IMG/VR virus record: IMGVR_UViG_3300017978_000178
Span: 1-39,581 of that record
Length of the DNA stretch: 39,581 nucleotides
Origin: a virus
Lineage: Duplodnaviria; Caudoviricetes
Reading direction: 5' to 3' (one strand)
The notes under the pieces are model-generated. The model saw only the letters and a list, made by a program, of their open reading frames with translations, was not told the DNA's origin and made no database searches. This document shows positions 18,684 through 27,886 of the stretch, one piece after another. Every line of letters begins with the position of its first letter. Position 1 is the first letter of the stretch. Position numbers and translations under genes: made by a program.

Positions 18684-19389
18684 CATACTCCATAAGAGCA
18701 GCCCACGACACAGGATACAGCGTCTTAGCTTCACCGTCAATCATCCTTGCAATCTCCTGTGTTTCCTTCTGCGTGTGAGGGTCTAGCCGCAGCTTACACA
18801 TCTTAGCAAAAGCAAACAAGGTTCCACTCCAAATCCATTCAGTCATAGTGTTCTGAGGTAGCACCATACGAGCTTGCTCAGGACATACACCAGCTTTGAT
18901 TGCATTTTCGTAGATGAATAAGCAGTCTTTGGTAAAGTCCTGCATAACATCTTTAACTAACCAATCTTCCCCGTGAAGATCAACCATCATATAGGCTGGC
19001 TCCTCACTACTACCCTGCTTCACGTTATCAGCAGCTTTACGCCACACCTCCGGGAAGTAAAACTCAGGCTCCTCTGTCACATACCTACGACTAACCTCAT
19101 TCCAAGGCAAGTATTCGTGCTTCACCAACTGACGAGCTACGAAGATGGGGGCCTTGACTCGGAAAGACATAAAGCAGTGATTGAAAGGACTCTTGTGTTT
19201 GTGCTTTGCAAGGTACTTAATCAGCTTGGCATCCTTCTCAGGTAGCTCCAAATCCCCGCCAGCGTGTTCATACTCACCGACATTGCTCCAACTACTTTGC
19301 TTGGCGAAGGACACCCGTGCTGCGTTAACAACACTGAGATCATCCCCACACCAGTCCAAGAGTTCTACACTTTGTTTAGCTGTCTTCAT
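18676..19389 (-). CDS. thyX: Flavin-dependent thymidylate synthase
   Basis: VVNAARVSF, HKSPF, APIFVARQLVKH, NEVSRRY, EQARMVLP, HTQKET. Confidence 0.9.
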   Translation of the reverse strand: MKTAKQSVELLDWCGDDLSVVNAARVSFAKQSSWSNVGEYEHAGGDLELPEKDAKLIKYLAKHKHKSPFNHCFMSFRVKAPIFVARQLVKHEYLPWNEVSRRYVTEEPEFYFPEVWRKAADNVKQGSSEEPAYMMVDLHGEDWLVKDVMQDFTKDCLFIYENAIKAGVCPEQARMVLPQNTMTEWIWSGTLFAFAKMCKLRLDPHTQKETQEIARMIDGEAKTLYPVSWAALMEYGE

Positions 19390-19555
19390 CGTTAATCACA
19401 AGGTTAGGGTCATACTTAGCAGCATCTTTAAGCGCATCTTCTAGCGCCTTGATGATACCCAATCGAACAAAGAACATCACTTCTTCCTCTGTCAGGTCAC
19501 TGATGCTGAAGTCTGCACTTCCATCAGGATTCTCTGCAAGTTGTTCAAGTCTCAT
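19376..19555 (-). CDS. Hypothetical 59 aa protein
   Basis: MRLEQLAENPDGSADF...; RBS GGAG; fills the gap between endonuclease I and thyX. Confidence 0.65.
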   Translation of the reverse strand: MRLEQLAENPDGSADFSISDLTEEEVMFFVRLGIIKALEDALKDAAKYDPNLVINDEDS

Positions 19556-19952
19556 TTAACCACTCCTGCGGTATCATTTTAGCCGCATATTTAAAGCCAT
19601 ACTTGTCACACCAGTCAGCATAGGTTGTCTTAGATAATTTACTTATCTTACAGCGAGGGTTGCTAAAGACGAACCTAATATCCAACTCAGGGTGTTGCCT
19701 CTTAACCAACAAATGTTTCTTCCTGTCTGCTGTCACAAACCTACCTTTAGTCTCCACAATGATACCATTGGAAAGAACAAAGTCAGGTGTGTAGGTATGC
19801 TTAGATTCAGGCACAGTATAGGAAATCTTTAGCTCCTCATACGTGTACTTGACTCTCATCATATCCAGTTGTTCAGCGACAGTATCCTCCAACCCACTTC
19901 TGTAGCCATGCTTCAGAGCTGCTTTGTGTTTTGCTCTATTCGCTGCCATCAC
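19545..19952 (-). CDS. T7 endonuclease I-like Holliday junction resolvase
   Basis: GYRSGLE, YTPDF, IIVETKG, QHPELDIRFVF, TTYADWC. Confidence 0.92.
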   Translation of the reverse strand: MMAANRAKHKAALKHGYRSGLEDTVAEQLDMMRVKYTYEELKISYTVPESKHTYTPDFVLSNGIIVETKGRFVTADRKKHLLVKRQHPELDIRFVFSNPRCKISKLSKTTYADWCDKYGFKYAAKMIPQEWLNET

Positions 19953-20233
19953 TGCCTTGTCTTCATGTATTGATGTAGGAACCCACCGAACGTATCGACA
20001 AACTCCTCATCATGGTTACTCTTACCCATACTAAACAAGATAGCATGGACTAGCTCATGATACAAAGTGGTTTCCTTAGCCTGTTGGTTCAACTCCTTAC
20101 GGATACGAATCATACATTCTTCAGGATAACACATTCCTTGGTCATAGAACCCTTCAGTCTCCACTACTTTCCATTCACTTCCTGCGAGGGTGAAGGAGGT
20201 TGGTAGAGCTGGTTTCTTTTGCGTCTTAACCAT
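19949..20233 (-). CDS. Small HExxH metallopeptidase-like protein
   Basis: TLYHELVHAIL...EEFV. Confidence 0.65.
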   Translation of the reverse strand: MVKTQKKPALPTSFTLAGSEWKVVETEGFYDQGMCYPEECMIRIRKELNQQAKETTLYHELVHAILFSMGKSNHDEEFVDTFGGFLHQYMKTRQ

Positions 20234-20880
20234 AACAAGTTTCCTGATTCAAGTAACCGTTCATGCGATACTCCATTCTTTTCATATGCAGCCTTAACAG
20301 CCTCATACATCTCTAACTCGGTCTTGGCATCTTTCAATATCTTCTCAGCCTTCTTAGGCCCAATACCGTCCAATCCCAAGATGTTATCTATCCTGTCCCC
20401 AGTTAATAGCTGAGTGTAGAAGCTACGATGTCCTTCTTCCTCCGTAACATAATACTTCTCATCCTTAACAGGGTTGTAGTGCCAGCCCGGAAGCTGGTTG
20501 AGGTCTTTGTCTACATGGACAATCCACCCACCATCTACGGAAGCTTCAGCCACTGCATCATCAGCCTCATCACCATCGGTCATTACAGCCCCTAGGCGCA
20601 ACAAGTGTTCCCTGAGCACCTCATAGTGTGGAGGTCGCTCTAAGTCCTTCCTGTTGCCCTTATAAGGTACTGTAACAGCCATCTCATACCTGTAGTTGTT
20701 CTTCCCTGTGATCCAAGCCTTGTAGTCATCAGCCTTCAGCTTCTCGTACACAATGTCAAACAGTAGCTTAGTGAGCCGACTCTTGGCGATCCCTTCGCTT
20801 GCATCTCTATCTGCAAAGCCAATTCGATACACCAAGAAGTCAGCATCTACTAGAGCCAGTTTTCGTGGCTCATCTGTCAT
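20164..20880 (-). CDS. 5'-3' exonuclease (T7 gp6 / FEN-like)
   Basis: VDADFLVY, YKGNR, EADD, DKDL, GDRIDNI.G..GIGPKKA. Confidence 0.9.
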   Translation of the reverse strand: MTDEPRKLALVDADFLVYRIGFADRDASEGIAKSRLTKLLFDIVYEKLKADDYKAWITGKNNYRYEMAVTVPYKGNRKDLERPPHYEVLREHLLRLGAVMTDGDEADDAVAEASVDGGWIVHVDKDLNQLPGWHYNPVKDEKYYVTEEEGHRSFYTQLLTGDRIDNILGLDGIGPKKAEKILKDAKTELEMYEAVKAAYEKNGVSHERLLESGNLLWLRRKRNQLYQPPSPSQEVNGK

Positions 20881-21296
20881 TACAGAACAACGTCTTCCTC
20901 AGCTTCAACCACAGGCTCATACTTCTTCAAGTCAGTGATGGTAATGGTCTTCAGAGAAGGTGCATTACCGTGCTTGCTAGAGAGCTTGTGAGAGTAGCTA
21001 GAGACAAGGAACACACCTTTAGTGCCGTTGCCAATGTCTTTGATCTCTACAGCCTTACCAGCAGTGTCTTTAGGTTCAAACACAAACTTAGACTTACAGA
21101 CAATGTAGTCGCCCATCTCAGGTTTGTTCTTAACCTTGATACCCAAGCTGGTCAATGCTGCCACTGCACCTGCGCTGAGTTCTCCAATGGTTGCTTCATA
21201 CTTCTCATTGGCATCGTTGAACTTGGTGTTAAATTCACCCATCCAACGGCTCCAAAACAAAGTACCTTCAATCTTCACTGGTTTCAAATCGCTCAT
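20880..21296 (-). CDS. Single-stranded DNA-binding protein (gp2.5-like)
   Basis: OB-like beta pattern, acidic C-terminus EAEEDVVL, position in the replication module. Confidence 0.65.
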   Translation of the reverse strand: MSDLKPVKIEGTLFWSRWMGEFNTKFNDANEKYEATIGELSAGAVAALTSLGIKVKNKPEMGDYIVCKSKFVFEPKDTAGKAVEIKDIGNGTKGVFLVSSYSHKLSSKHGNAPSLKTITITDLKKYEPVVEAEEDVVL

Positions 21297-21351
21297 ATTT
21301 CAATTTCCTTTAAAAGTTTAAACTTGGGAGTCTTTCCTCCCTGCCATACTA

Positions 21352-21543
21352 TTAGTGTAACACACCTGATGCAGGTTTGTCAAGCATTACACCAGCAATA
21401 TCTTCCATTTGTACCTCAGTTTCTTCTAGACAACCAAGGAACACAGCATATGCCTCACCTACGGAGAACTCACCTTCAAAGTCTACCTTGAAGGCTACGT
21501 CATCCACAGTGATAATGATCTTTCTCTCAGAAGGTTTCGACAT
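21352..21543 (-). CDS. Hypothetical protein
   Basis: MSKPSERKIIITVDD..., overlaps the end of the HNH gene. Confidence 0.55.
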   Translation of the reverse strand: MSKPSERKIIITVDDVAFKVDFEGEFSVGEAYAVFLGCLEETEVQMEDIAGVMLDKPASGVLH

Positions 21544-21925
21544 AATCAGCCGCCTTTCGTAAAAGCTCAGGATTGTCTTGAAACAGTCCCAACGCAGTGT
21601 TACAAGACCGACACAGAACACCCCGAAACTTCATCGTACTGTGGTCATGATCGTAGCAAAGATTCTCAGAAGAGGCGCATAGAACACAGGAAGAAGAACT
21701 GTTCATCTTTTCCTTATACTCAGCCGCTGTAACTCCATATCGTTTCTTTACTTGGTGATCTGTCTTCCAGTCCTTTTGTTTAGGATGTGCATCATTGCGT
21801 TTAACCACACAGGAAAGACATAGATTACGCCTTCCATGTTTTGATCCTTTATCTTTTACGAACAAGGATAGGTCGCTCGACTCTAAACCACAGTCCTTGC
21901 ATTTTCTCAGTGGGTGTCCCTCCAT
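21527..21925 (-). CDS. Endonuclease VII-family HNH homing endonuclease
   Basis: CVLC...DHDHSTMKFRGVLCRSCNTALGLFQDN. Confidence 0.88.
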   Translation of the reverse strand: MEGHPLRKCKDCGLESSDLSLFVKDKGSKHGRRNLCLSCVVKRNDAHPKQKDWKTDHQVKKRYGVTAAEYKEKMNSSSSCVLCASSENLCYDHDHSTMKFRGVLCRSCNTALGLFQDNPELLRKAADYVETF

Positions 21926-23625
21926 GACTTACCTTTCTTGTACTCCCCGTCTAACGGGCAGCGTAAATTAAAATACTGACCAGCTTCGATGATGGACTGG
22001 CGACAAGCCTCTCCAACAATGTCTGCGAACTCAGGCAATGTTTCCATTTGAATTTCATCATGGACGTTTGCTACTAGACGCACGGGCCATTTGTTTTGTC
22101 GAATCTTCTTGTCAAAAATCACCAATGCCTGTTTCATCACGATTGCCCCTGCTCCTTGAAGTAGGCTATTGAGCGCCGAATGTTCGGAACGTACCCAAAT
22201 CTTTCTACCATCAAGCCCCGGTACAAAGCCCTTACTCGCATACTTGGCAACTGTATCTCGTAGGCGCTGGAGCGAGGGAGTCGCTTTAAGGAAGGAATCA
22301 ATAAGTCGTTGTCCATCCTTAGCCGATCCACCAACAATAGCACCGATCTTCGCTGGCCCTGCACCATAGAGGAACCCGTAGATAAATGTCTTAGCCTGAT
22401 CCCTCGTTTGTAGACCAGCAGCTTTTTGGTTCTTCGTATGGACATCCGTTCCATCTTTCGAGCTTCCCTCAACGACTGTCTTGACATACTCTTCGTCCTT
22501 CATGTAGTGAGCCAACATACGTAGCTCAAGACCAGAGGCATCAGCCCCTACCAACACATAACCATCTTCCACAGTCCAGCACTCTCGACACTCCGGCCCA
22601 TACAGCGACCCAGAGTTAGGAATCTGAGCCATGTTAGGACTACTGTGTGTCATCCTGCCTGTCACTGCTCCATTGGTCATAACCCTACCATGCACACGAC
22701 CATCAGAACCTACACAGTCAAACCAAGACTTGATCTGAGAGATACGCTTCTGTAAGAGTAGGTAGTCTAGGATCAGCTTTGCTTCTGGGTATTTTAACTC
22801 AGATAGCACAGCTTCATCAACAATCACCTGACCCTTATCCGTATGCTTCTTAGGCCGCCAGCCAAGCTCCATCAGCTTTTCAGCGATTTGTTGTCTTGAT
22901 CCGGGATTGAAAGTAACAACGGAGTCTTTGAGTCGCTTTCCAGTCTTTTCTGAGATTCGCTCAAGGGTGACTGGAGGCCACCTCTGCTGCATCTGCTCAT
23001 AAATTCCGTCCAGCTTCCCTTGAATGTCAACCAACAGATTTGTTGCATATACCTGATCCAGTTTAAAGCCATTCTTTTCCTGCTTCGAGATGATAGCAGC
23101 TACCTTGTGTTCTAACTCAACGGATTGAGTAGAAAACTCTTTCTCATTGAGTAATTTAACCAAGTGGTGATACAACACCTCTAGCACATCTACATCCCTG
23201 ACACAGTAGTGATCCATCAATGCCTCATGTGGCTCATCAAACTCCAGCAGCTTAGGTGTGTCCTTCTCGCTACGGTTAGTCATCCAAAGCCATACAGCTC
23301 GATAGTCAATCTTCTGTAAGCCAAGCCTTTCTCCCCATGCCTCTAGGCTGTGTCCGTTCTCTAGGCTCGGATCGAGTAGTCGGCTTACGATCAAAGTGTC
23401 GAAGCATTGGCTCAAACGAATCTTCGTTTTCCACATACCATTGAGGATCGGAGCATCGTGGGATAGCAGGTTGTGGGCCACTATTGTGTCTGCTTTTTCC
23501 AGATACTCGCAAAGTCCCTTCGGTTCTTTCCATTTCTTAACCTCTTTAGTCTCAAAGTCCTTGGTTACACACACCCAAATCTTACTCTTGTCGATCCGGT
23601 TTTCGATGTCAATTCCGACTATCAT
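21907..23625 (-). CDS. Family A DNA polymerase (T7-like, Tyr at the 762-equivalent position)
   Basis: Exo DIE / HN...D / YCVRD; motif A DASGLELR, motif B RDQAKTFIYGFLYG, motif C VHDE. Confidence 0.97.
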   Translation of the reverse strand: MIVGIDIENRIDKSKIWVCVTKDFETKEVKKWKEPKGLCEYLEKADTIVAHNLLSHDAPILNGMWKTKIRLSQCFDTLIVSRLLDPSLENGHSLEAWGERLGLQKIDYRAVWLWMTNRSEKDTPKLLEFDEPHEALMDHYCVRDVDVLEVLYHHLVKLLNEKEFSTQSVELEHKVAAIISKQEKNGFKLDQVYATNLLVDIQGKLDGIYEQMQQRWPPVTLERISEKTGKRLKDSVVTFNPGSRQQIAEKLMELGWRPKKHTDKGQVIVDEAVLSELKYPEAKLILDYLLLQKRISQIKSWFDCVGSDGRVHGRVMTNGAVTGRMTHSSPNMAQIPNSGSLYGPECRECWTVEDGYVLVGADASGLELRMLAHYMKDEEYVKTVVEGSSKDGTDVHTKNQKAAGLQTRDQAKTFIYGFLYGAGPAKIGAIVGGSAKDGQRLIDSFLKATPSLQRLRDTVAKYASKGFVPGLDGRKIWVRSEHSALNSLLQGAGAIVMKQALVIFDKKIRQNKWPVRLVANVHDEIQMETLPEFADIVGEACRQSIIEAGQYFNLRCPLDGEYKKGKSWRDTH

Positions 23626-24058
23626 TTAGATACTTTCTTGCTTGTAGCAACAGGTCTTCGTTGTCCTTAAAGTAACCCAAACCAGCGTTACACGTGTGAC
23701 AGAGAAGACCACGAACCTTACCTGTTGAGTGACAATGATCTACAAACAAGTTGTATTTCTTGCCACCTCGTAAGGCACTTCCTGCACCACAGATAGCACA
23801 ACTGTTTTTCTGGTCTTTCAAAAGTTGTTCATACATTTCTGGTATTAGTCCATACTTTGTAAGATTGTTTTTAAAAGACCTTTTCTTCTGTTTCTCCTTA
23901 CCTCCCTTGTTGTGGTACGTATCCAAGTGGTCGGCAACTTGACACTTCTTACAACGAGCACGTAAAGCTGATGTTCCATCTTTACGCTTACGCCCAAAAG
24001 AAAAACAAGAGAAATCTAACCACTCACCACAGCACGTACATTGTTTCTTATCTATCAT
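23609..24058 (-). CDS. Endonuclease VII-family HNH homing endonuclease
   Basis: CAICG...VDHCHSTGKVRGLLCHTCNAGLGYFKDN. Confidence 0.9.
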   Translation of the reverse strand: MIDKKQCTCCGEWLDFSCFSFGRKRKDGTSALRARCKKCQVADHLDTYHNKGGKEKQKKRSFKNNLTKYGLIPEMYEQLLKDQKNSCAICGAGSALRGGKKYNLFVDHCHSTGKVRGLLCHTCNAGLGYFKDNEDLLLQARKYLNDSRN

Positions 24059-24070
24059 CTCAGTCCTTGT

Positions 24071-24319
24071 TCACAGCGGAGCCTCCCCGTTGCGGATAAA
24101 CACATGGTCAAACTCATTGTTCTGATGCCACACCTCTGATGGTTCCTGTTCCTTCTCACAGACACCACGATCCACCCAGATAGGCTCAGAGGGGAAAGGC
24201 CAGTGGTCATTGATGACAGACAACTGAATCCTGAAGTCGCTACGACCTACCTCAATGCCTCTCTGACCGTCAAACTTCCAAATAGTTCCATTCATTTTAT
24301 TTGCTCCAGTTAATCTCAA
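24071..24319 (-). CDS. Hypothetical protein
   Basis: ORF within the operon; start may be at 24295. Confidence 0.5.
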   Translation of the reverse strand: MRLTGANKMNGTIWKFDGQRGIEVGRSDFRIQLSVINDHWPFPSEPIWVDRGVCEKEQEPSEVWHQNNEFDHVFIRNGEAPL

Positions 24320-25926
24320 AGAGTAATATCTTCAATTATTTCAAACATTCGACCTGTCATCTTCTCATACTTCAGGTCACAAGCAGGGCCAGTGTAACCG
24401 TTGTAGCGATTCTTAGCAACAGCTACTTTGGTGGTGTGACGTTCTGCCTCATCCTCTGCCATGCTGTTACGCTCCAATGTTATCACAGCATCACTCAACT
24501 GTGCAATAGCACCTGAGCCTCGAAGTTGTGATAAAGACACACTCTGACCATCTTCGTGACCTGAGTTACCTTGTGGTCTACGGAGGTGAGACACACAGAT
24601 CAAAGTAACTTCCAGTTCCTGTACCAGTGTGCGTAGTTTGGTCATCATGTTATCTATGGCCTTCCGTTCGTCACCCACATCTTGACCAGATACAACAATG
24701 CTAATGTGATCCAAGAATACAACACGACAATCACACGCTTTAGCCATGTATCTGATCCGGTTGGCGATGTTGTCCACATCACTGCTACCGAAATGGTCAA
24801 ACAGGTAAATGCGATTAGTACCAAGTGTAGCATCAAACGCTTCCTTCAATTCACTTTCTGTTACAGGTGTGTCTGGTAGGTGCAACAGCTTGTTAGCATG
24901 GAGGCTCATGATACTCCGTGCTGTCTTACGTGTTGACTCTTCCAAGAACAACCCTCCAATGTTCCACGATGTAGTCTTGAGCAGGTGATACAGAATCTCC
25001 CGCAAGAACTGACTCTTACCCAAACCACTGCCAGCAGTGACCGTGATAAGCTCAGCAGGACGCAGACCATAGAGCAGCTTATTCAAGCCTTCCCAAGGGT
25101 ACTGTGCCTCTGCTACAGGCTCAGGCTTAACCACTTCCTCCCACAGGGATGCAGCATTGACGATACCATCAGGGATGTATGTCTCAGCCCTCCACCACTC
25201 ATTAACAAACTCTTTGGTAGCCCCTGCCTTGAGGTAGTCACAGGCATCCTTAAAAGCACCTTTAGGCTTCACAATCTTAGCCTTCTGACCGAACACCTCA
25301 GCCACCTCTTTAGCAGCCTTCTTACCCGGCTCATCGTTATCAAAGCAGATAACAATGTTCTCAAAGCTGTTCAACCACTCGTATTGAGCTTTACAGTCCT
25401 TCAGGGCTGCACTGGCTCCGTTACGGATGGAGACACTAGGCCACTGAGAGCCTGTGAGTTGGTATCCTGCCAGTGCATCAAGTTCTCCTTCGTATACCGT
25501 GACATATTTCCCACCGGAGTGAAAGAGAGACTGACCGAACAGAGCTGCTGATTTGAAGTCTCCGGCAATGGAGAAACTTTTGTCAGCAACTGAGCGCACT
25601 TTAACAGCGACTCTAGTTCCGTCTGCGTCAGCATAAGGGTAATAGTGTTTGCCTTCATCTTGTGTCACTCCAAACTTGTCACAGGTTGCTTGACTGATCC
25701 CTCGTTCAGGGATTGCTTTGATTTGTCCACTTGGGAGCTGCTGCATTACATCTTTCCTTGCTACATTGTATCGAGCTATCTCTAGCTCCTCTTGCTCTTC
25801 CCCGGATGGGGTGTATACATGACAGACATGACAGTAAGCATGACCATCATCGTATAGGCTGTTCCCATCGCTACTGGTGCAATGAGGACAGGCAGTGTGT
25901 TTAACGAACTTAGATTCAACTTTCAT
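24316..25926 (-). CDS. Primase-helicase (T7 gp4-like)
   Basis: CPHC...CHVC Zn finger, TOPRIM EGELD / FDND, Walker A GSGLGKS, LRGSGAIAQLSD. Confidence 0.96.
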   Translation of the reverse strand: MKVESKFVKHTACPHCTSSDGNSLYDDGHAYCHVCHVYTPSGEEQEELEIARYNVARKDVMQQLPSGQIKAIPERGISQATCDKFGVTQDEGKHYYPYADADGTRVAVKVRSVADKSFSIAGDFKSAALFGQSLFHSGGKYVTVYEGELDALAGYQLTGSQWPSVSIRNGASAALKDCKAQYEWLNSFENIVICFDNDEPGKKAAKEVAEVFGQKAKIVKPKGAFKDACDYLKAGATKEFVNEWWRAETYIPDGIVNAASLWEEVVKPEPVAEAQYPWEGLNKLLYGLRPAELITVTAGSGLGKSQFLREILYHLLKTTSWNIGGLFLEESTRKTARSIMSLHANKLLHLPDTPVTESELKEAFDATLGTNRIYLFDHFGSSDVDNIANRIRYMAKACDCRVVFLDHISIVVSGQDVGDERKAIDNMMTKLRTLVQELEVTLICVSHLRRPQGNSGHEDGQSVSLSQLRGSGAIAQLSDAVITLERNSMAEDEAERHTTKVAVAKNRYNGYTGPACDLKYEKMTGRMFEIIEDITL

Positions 25927-26176
25927 TTTTCTTCTCTAGTTCAAACTGTGCTTGAAGAACTTTATCAGCGTACTCTAACAAAGGCCATAACGTACCAATG
26001 TCGTCGTACTCAAAAGGACGAGAACCAATAAACTCAAGGTTGTATCCTTCTTTATCCCTGTCCCACCAACATAAGGTATAACAAAACCATTCATCGTTTG
26101 CACCCACCTTCCAGCAAACAATCTCAGGCTTACGTCCTTCTCCTAGCTGACGAAACTCTAAATCTCGATACTTCAT
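25916..26176 (-). CDS. Hypothetical protein
   Basis: MKYRDLEFRQ..., ATGA-coupled. Confidence 0.6.
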   Translation of the reverse strand: MKYRDLEFRQLGEGRKPEIVCWKVGANDEWFCYTLCWWDRDKEGYNLEFIGSRPFEYDDIGTLWPLLEYADKVLQAQFELEKKNES

Positions 26177-26316
26177 GATGCCAGTTTCCAAAGTCCAATG
26201 TTAGCAAAAGCATACCCCATGTAAGCCATGCACATACCCATGTTGCCCTTCAAACCCTGCTCCAAGGCCACATAAGCATAGATAACCCCTGTGAGTGCTA
26301 TAAGCCACCCGCTCAT
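26173..26316 (-). CDS. 47 aa membrane protein, absent from the ORF track
   Basis: MSGWLIALTGVIYAYVALEQGLKGNMGMCMAYMGYAFANIGLWKLAS; ATGA overlaps on both sides. Confidence 0.7.
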   Translation of the reverse strand: MSGWLIALTGVIYAYVALEQGLKGNMGMCMAYMGYAFANIGLWKLAS

Positions 26317-26588
26317 GTCTCTTTGCCTCTTGCTCCGTGTTCGCTAGAACGCGAACGGATGGCGGCGGCAAGTTTGCTTCTGCATTCTTTCCACAAAACT
26401 GCCACAAGATTCCAGTCAGGCGGCGATTGCAATTCCTCACACACCTTCGCACACGCCTCACGCTCGTTAGCACGGATAAGCGCGGCAAAGCGTTCAATTG
26501 CTTCATTGCCTACAAGTGCAAACTCTTTTGGGCTTTTGTGGATGTGTATAGCTCCAGCCTCCCGCGCCACTTCAATTACGGTCTTCAT
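26313..26588 (-). CDS. EREACA-motif small protein (paralog 1)
   Basis: VAREAG...ERFAALIRANEREACAKVC...AAAIRSR. Confidence 0.7.
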   Translation of the reverse strand: MKTVIEVAREAGAIHIHKSPKEFALVGNEAIERFAALIRANEREACAKVCEELQSPPDWNLVAVLWKECRSKLAAAIRSRSSEHGARGKET

Positions 26589-26833
26589 GTGTTCCCCCTT
26601 GCTCGGATAGCGGCAGACAAATCAACACGCCAAGGTCTTTCAAACTGACGCACATAGTCATGCTCAATAAACTTTGCACACGCCTCACGCTCCTCCGCTT
26701 GCGCGTCAGCACGGACAAGGGCTTCAAACATTTCAAGCTGCTCCTGCGACAGCAGGTACTCAGTGTCCCGGTTCTTTTCTTGCAGACGCTTTGCGCCCAC
26801 AAGGTAGGTCAGTTTGGTCGTGGTGTCACTCAT
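26585..26833 (-). CDS. EREACA-motif small protein (paralog 2)
   Basis: ALVRADAQAEEREACAK...AAIRARGNT. Confidence 0.7.
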   Translation of the reverse strand: MSDTTTKLTYLVGAKRLQEKNRDTEYLLSQEQLEMFEALVRADAQAEEREACAKFIEHDYVRQFERPWRVDLSAAIRARGNT

Positions 26834-27108
26834 GTGTTTCCCCTCGCTTCAATCGTTTCGGCGAACCCGGCAATCGCTGGATACTCTTTCTTCCACTTCT
26901 CTGCGGCGCGTTCGTTGAGCGACTTCACGCCGCTCTCCAAATCAGACTGCACACACATCCACCACTCATCCATGATAGCCTCACGCTCTTCTTCTCTTGC
27001 TTTTTCCTCGATAAGCTCATAAAGCCGATAGAAGTCAAACGCTTTACCAGCATCACAAGCTTCACGCAATGTCTGTTCGAACAAGACGCTGATCTGGTCT
27101 TTAGTCAT
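26830..27108 (-). CDS. EREA-motif small protein (paralog 3)
   Basis: EEEREAI...IEARGNT. Confidence 0.65.
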   Translation of the reverse strand: MTKDQISVLFEQTLREACDAGKAFDFYRLYELIEEKAREEEREAIMDEWWMCVQSDLESGVKSLNERAAEKWKKEYPAIAGFAETIEARGNT

Positions 27109-27314
27109 GCTGTGTTACCCCTTGATTCGTTCAATGCCTTGTGCAGTTCATCCAAGAACTTACTGTAACCATAGTCTTCACGTTTGCACAGCTCTACAGC
27201 CCCTGCAATGACACCTCGCCCCCACATCTCATACATGGCAAACTCATACTCATCCTCATCAAACTTTAAGCCTTGCTCCTGTCTCTCAATGTCCAGTGCT
27301 TTGACTTTACCCAT
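27105..27314 (-). CDS. Hypothetical protein
   Basis: MGKVKALDIE... after RBS AGGG. Confidence 0.6.
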   Translation of the reverse strand: MGKVKALDIERQEQGLKFDEDEYEFAMYEMWGRGVIAGAVELCKREDYGYSKFLDELHKALNESRGNTA

Positions 27315-27315
27315 G

Positions 27316-27528
27316 TTACATACCCCTTTGAAGTAGTCCAACAATGATACCGAACAACAATGATACCACAAAAACAGACAAGAAGAATATCCCCCAAGCT
27401 TTAAGGGTCTTTCTCCAATGGCTAGGTGCTTCGTGTGTCTCAAACGTAGGGATTCTACGGCCTACCTTGGCGGGTTTGGCAGGTGTAACACCTAGTTCAG
27501 TTTCTACCTCTTTACGTAATTCACTCAT
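27316..27528 (-). CDS. Hypothetical membrane protein
   Basis: C-terminal TM; RBS GGAGG. Confidence 0.6.
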   Translation of the reverse strand: MSELRKEVETELGVTPAKPAKVGRRIPTFETHEAPSHWRKTLKAWGIFFLSVFVVSLLFGIIVGLLQRGM

Positions 27529-27569
27529 TCTTCAGCCTCCCACGCCATGCGGATGATGTCGTCGTTCAT
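27525..27569 (-). pseudogene. 14-codon remnant MNDDIIRMAWEAEE of an EREACA-family gene
   Basis: RBS AAGGAG and ATGA coupling; resembles the (D)IIRMAREAG start, compare VIEVAREAG at 26588. Confidence 0.45.
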
Positions 27570-27886
27570 GTGTTCTTCTCCTTACGCTCATTCTTCTCCT
27601 TGAGTTTGTCAGCTATGGCATCGACAAGCACCGCTGGGTAGTTCCACCCTTCAAACTGATCTCGCAAAGCCTCCCTGTCCGTTAGAGTCAGCCCAACCCA
27701 CTCACGCTTTTGTAGCCGTGCCACTTCGTCCATCAGTTGCTGGTTGAACGACACCAAGCGGCGCAGTTCGGCGGCGGCTTCTCCGTCAAGGTGGCCTTGC
27801 GCTGTGCCAGTAGGGAATTGGCGCTCCAACGCATCAGCCAGTCGTTCGGCTTCTACGTTACTTCGTAACTGGGTTTGTGTGGTCAT
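27566..27886 (-). CDS. Hypothetical protein (MTTQT start; EWVGLT...KLKEKN module)
   Basis: ATG at 27886 coupled to the upstream stop. Confidence 0.65.
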   Translation of the reverse strand: MTTQTQLRSNVEAERLADALERQFPTGTAQGHLDGEAAAELRRLVSFNQQLMDEVARLQKREWVGLTLTDREALRDQFEGWNYPAVLVDAIADKLKEKNERKEKNT

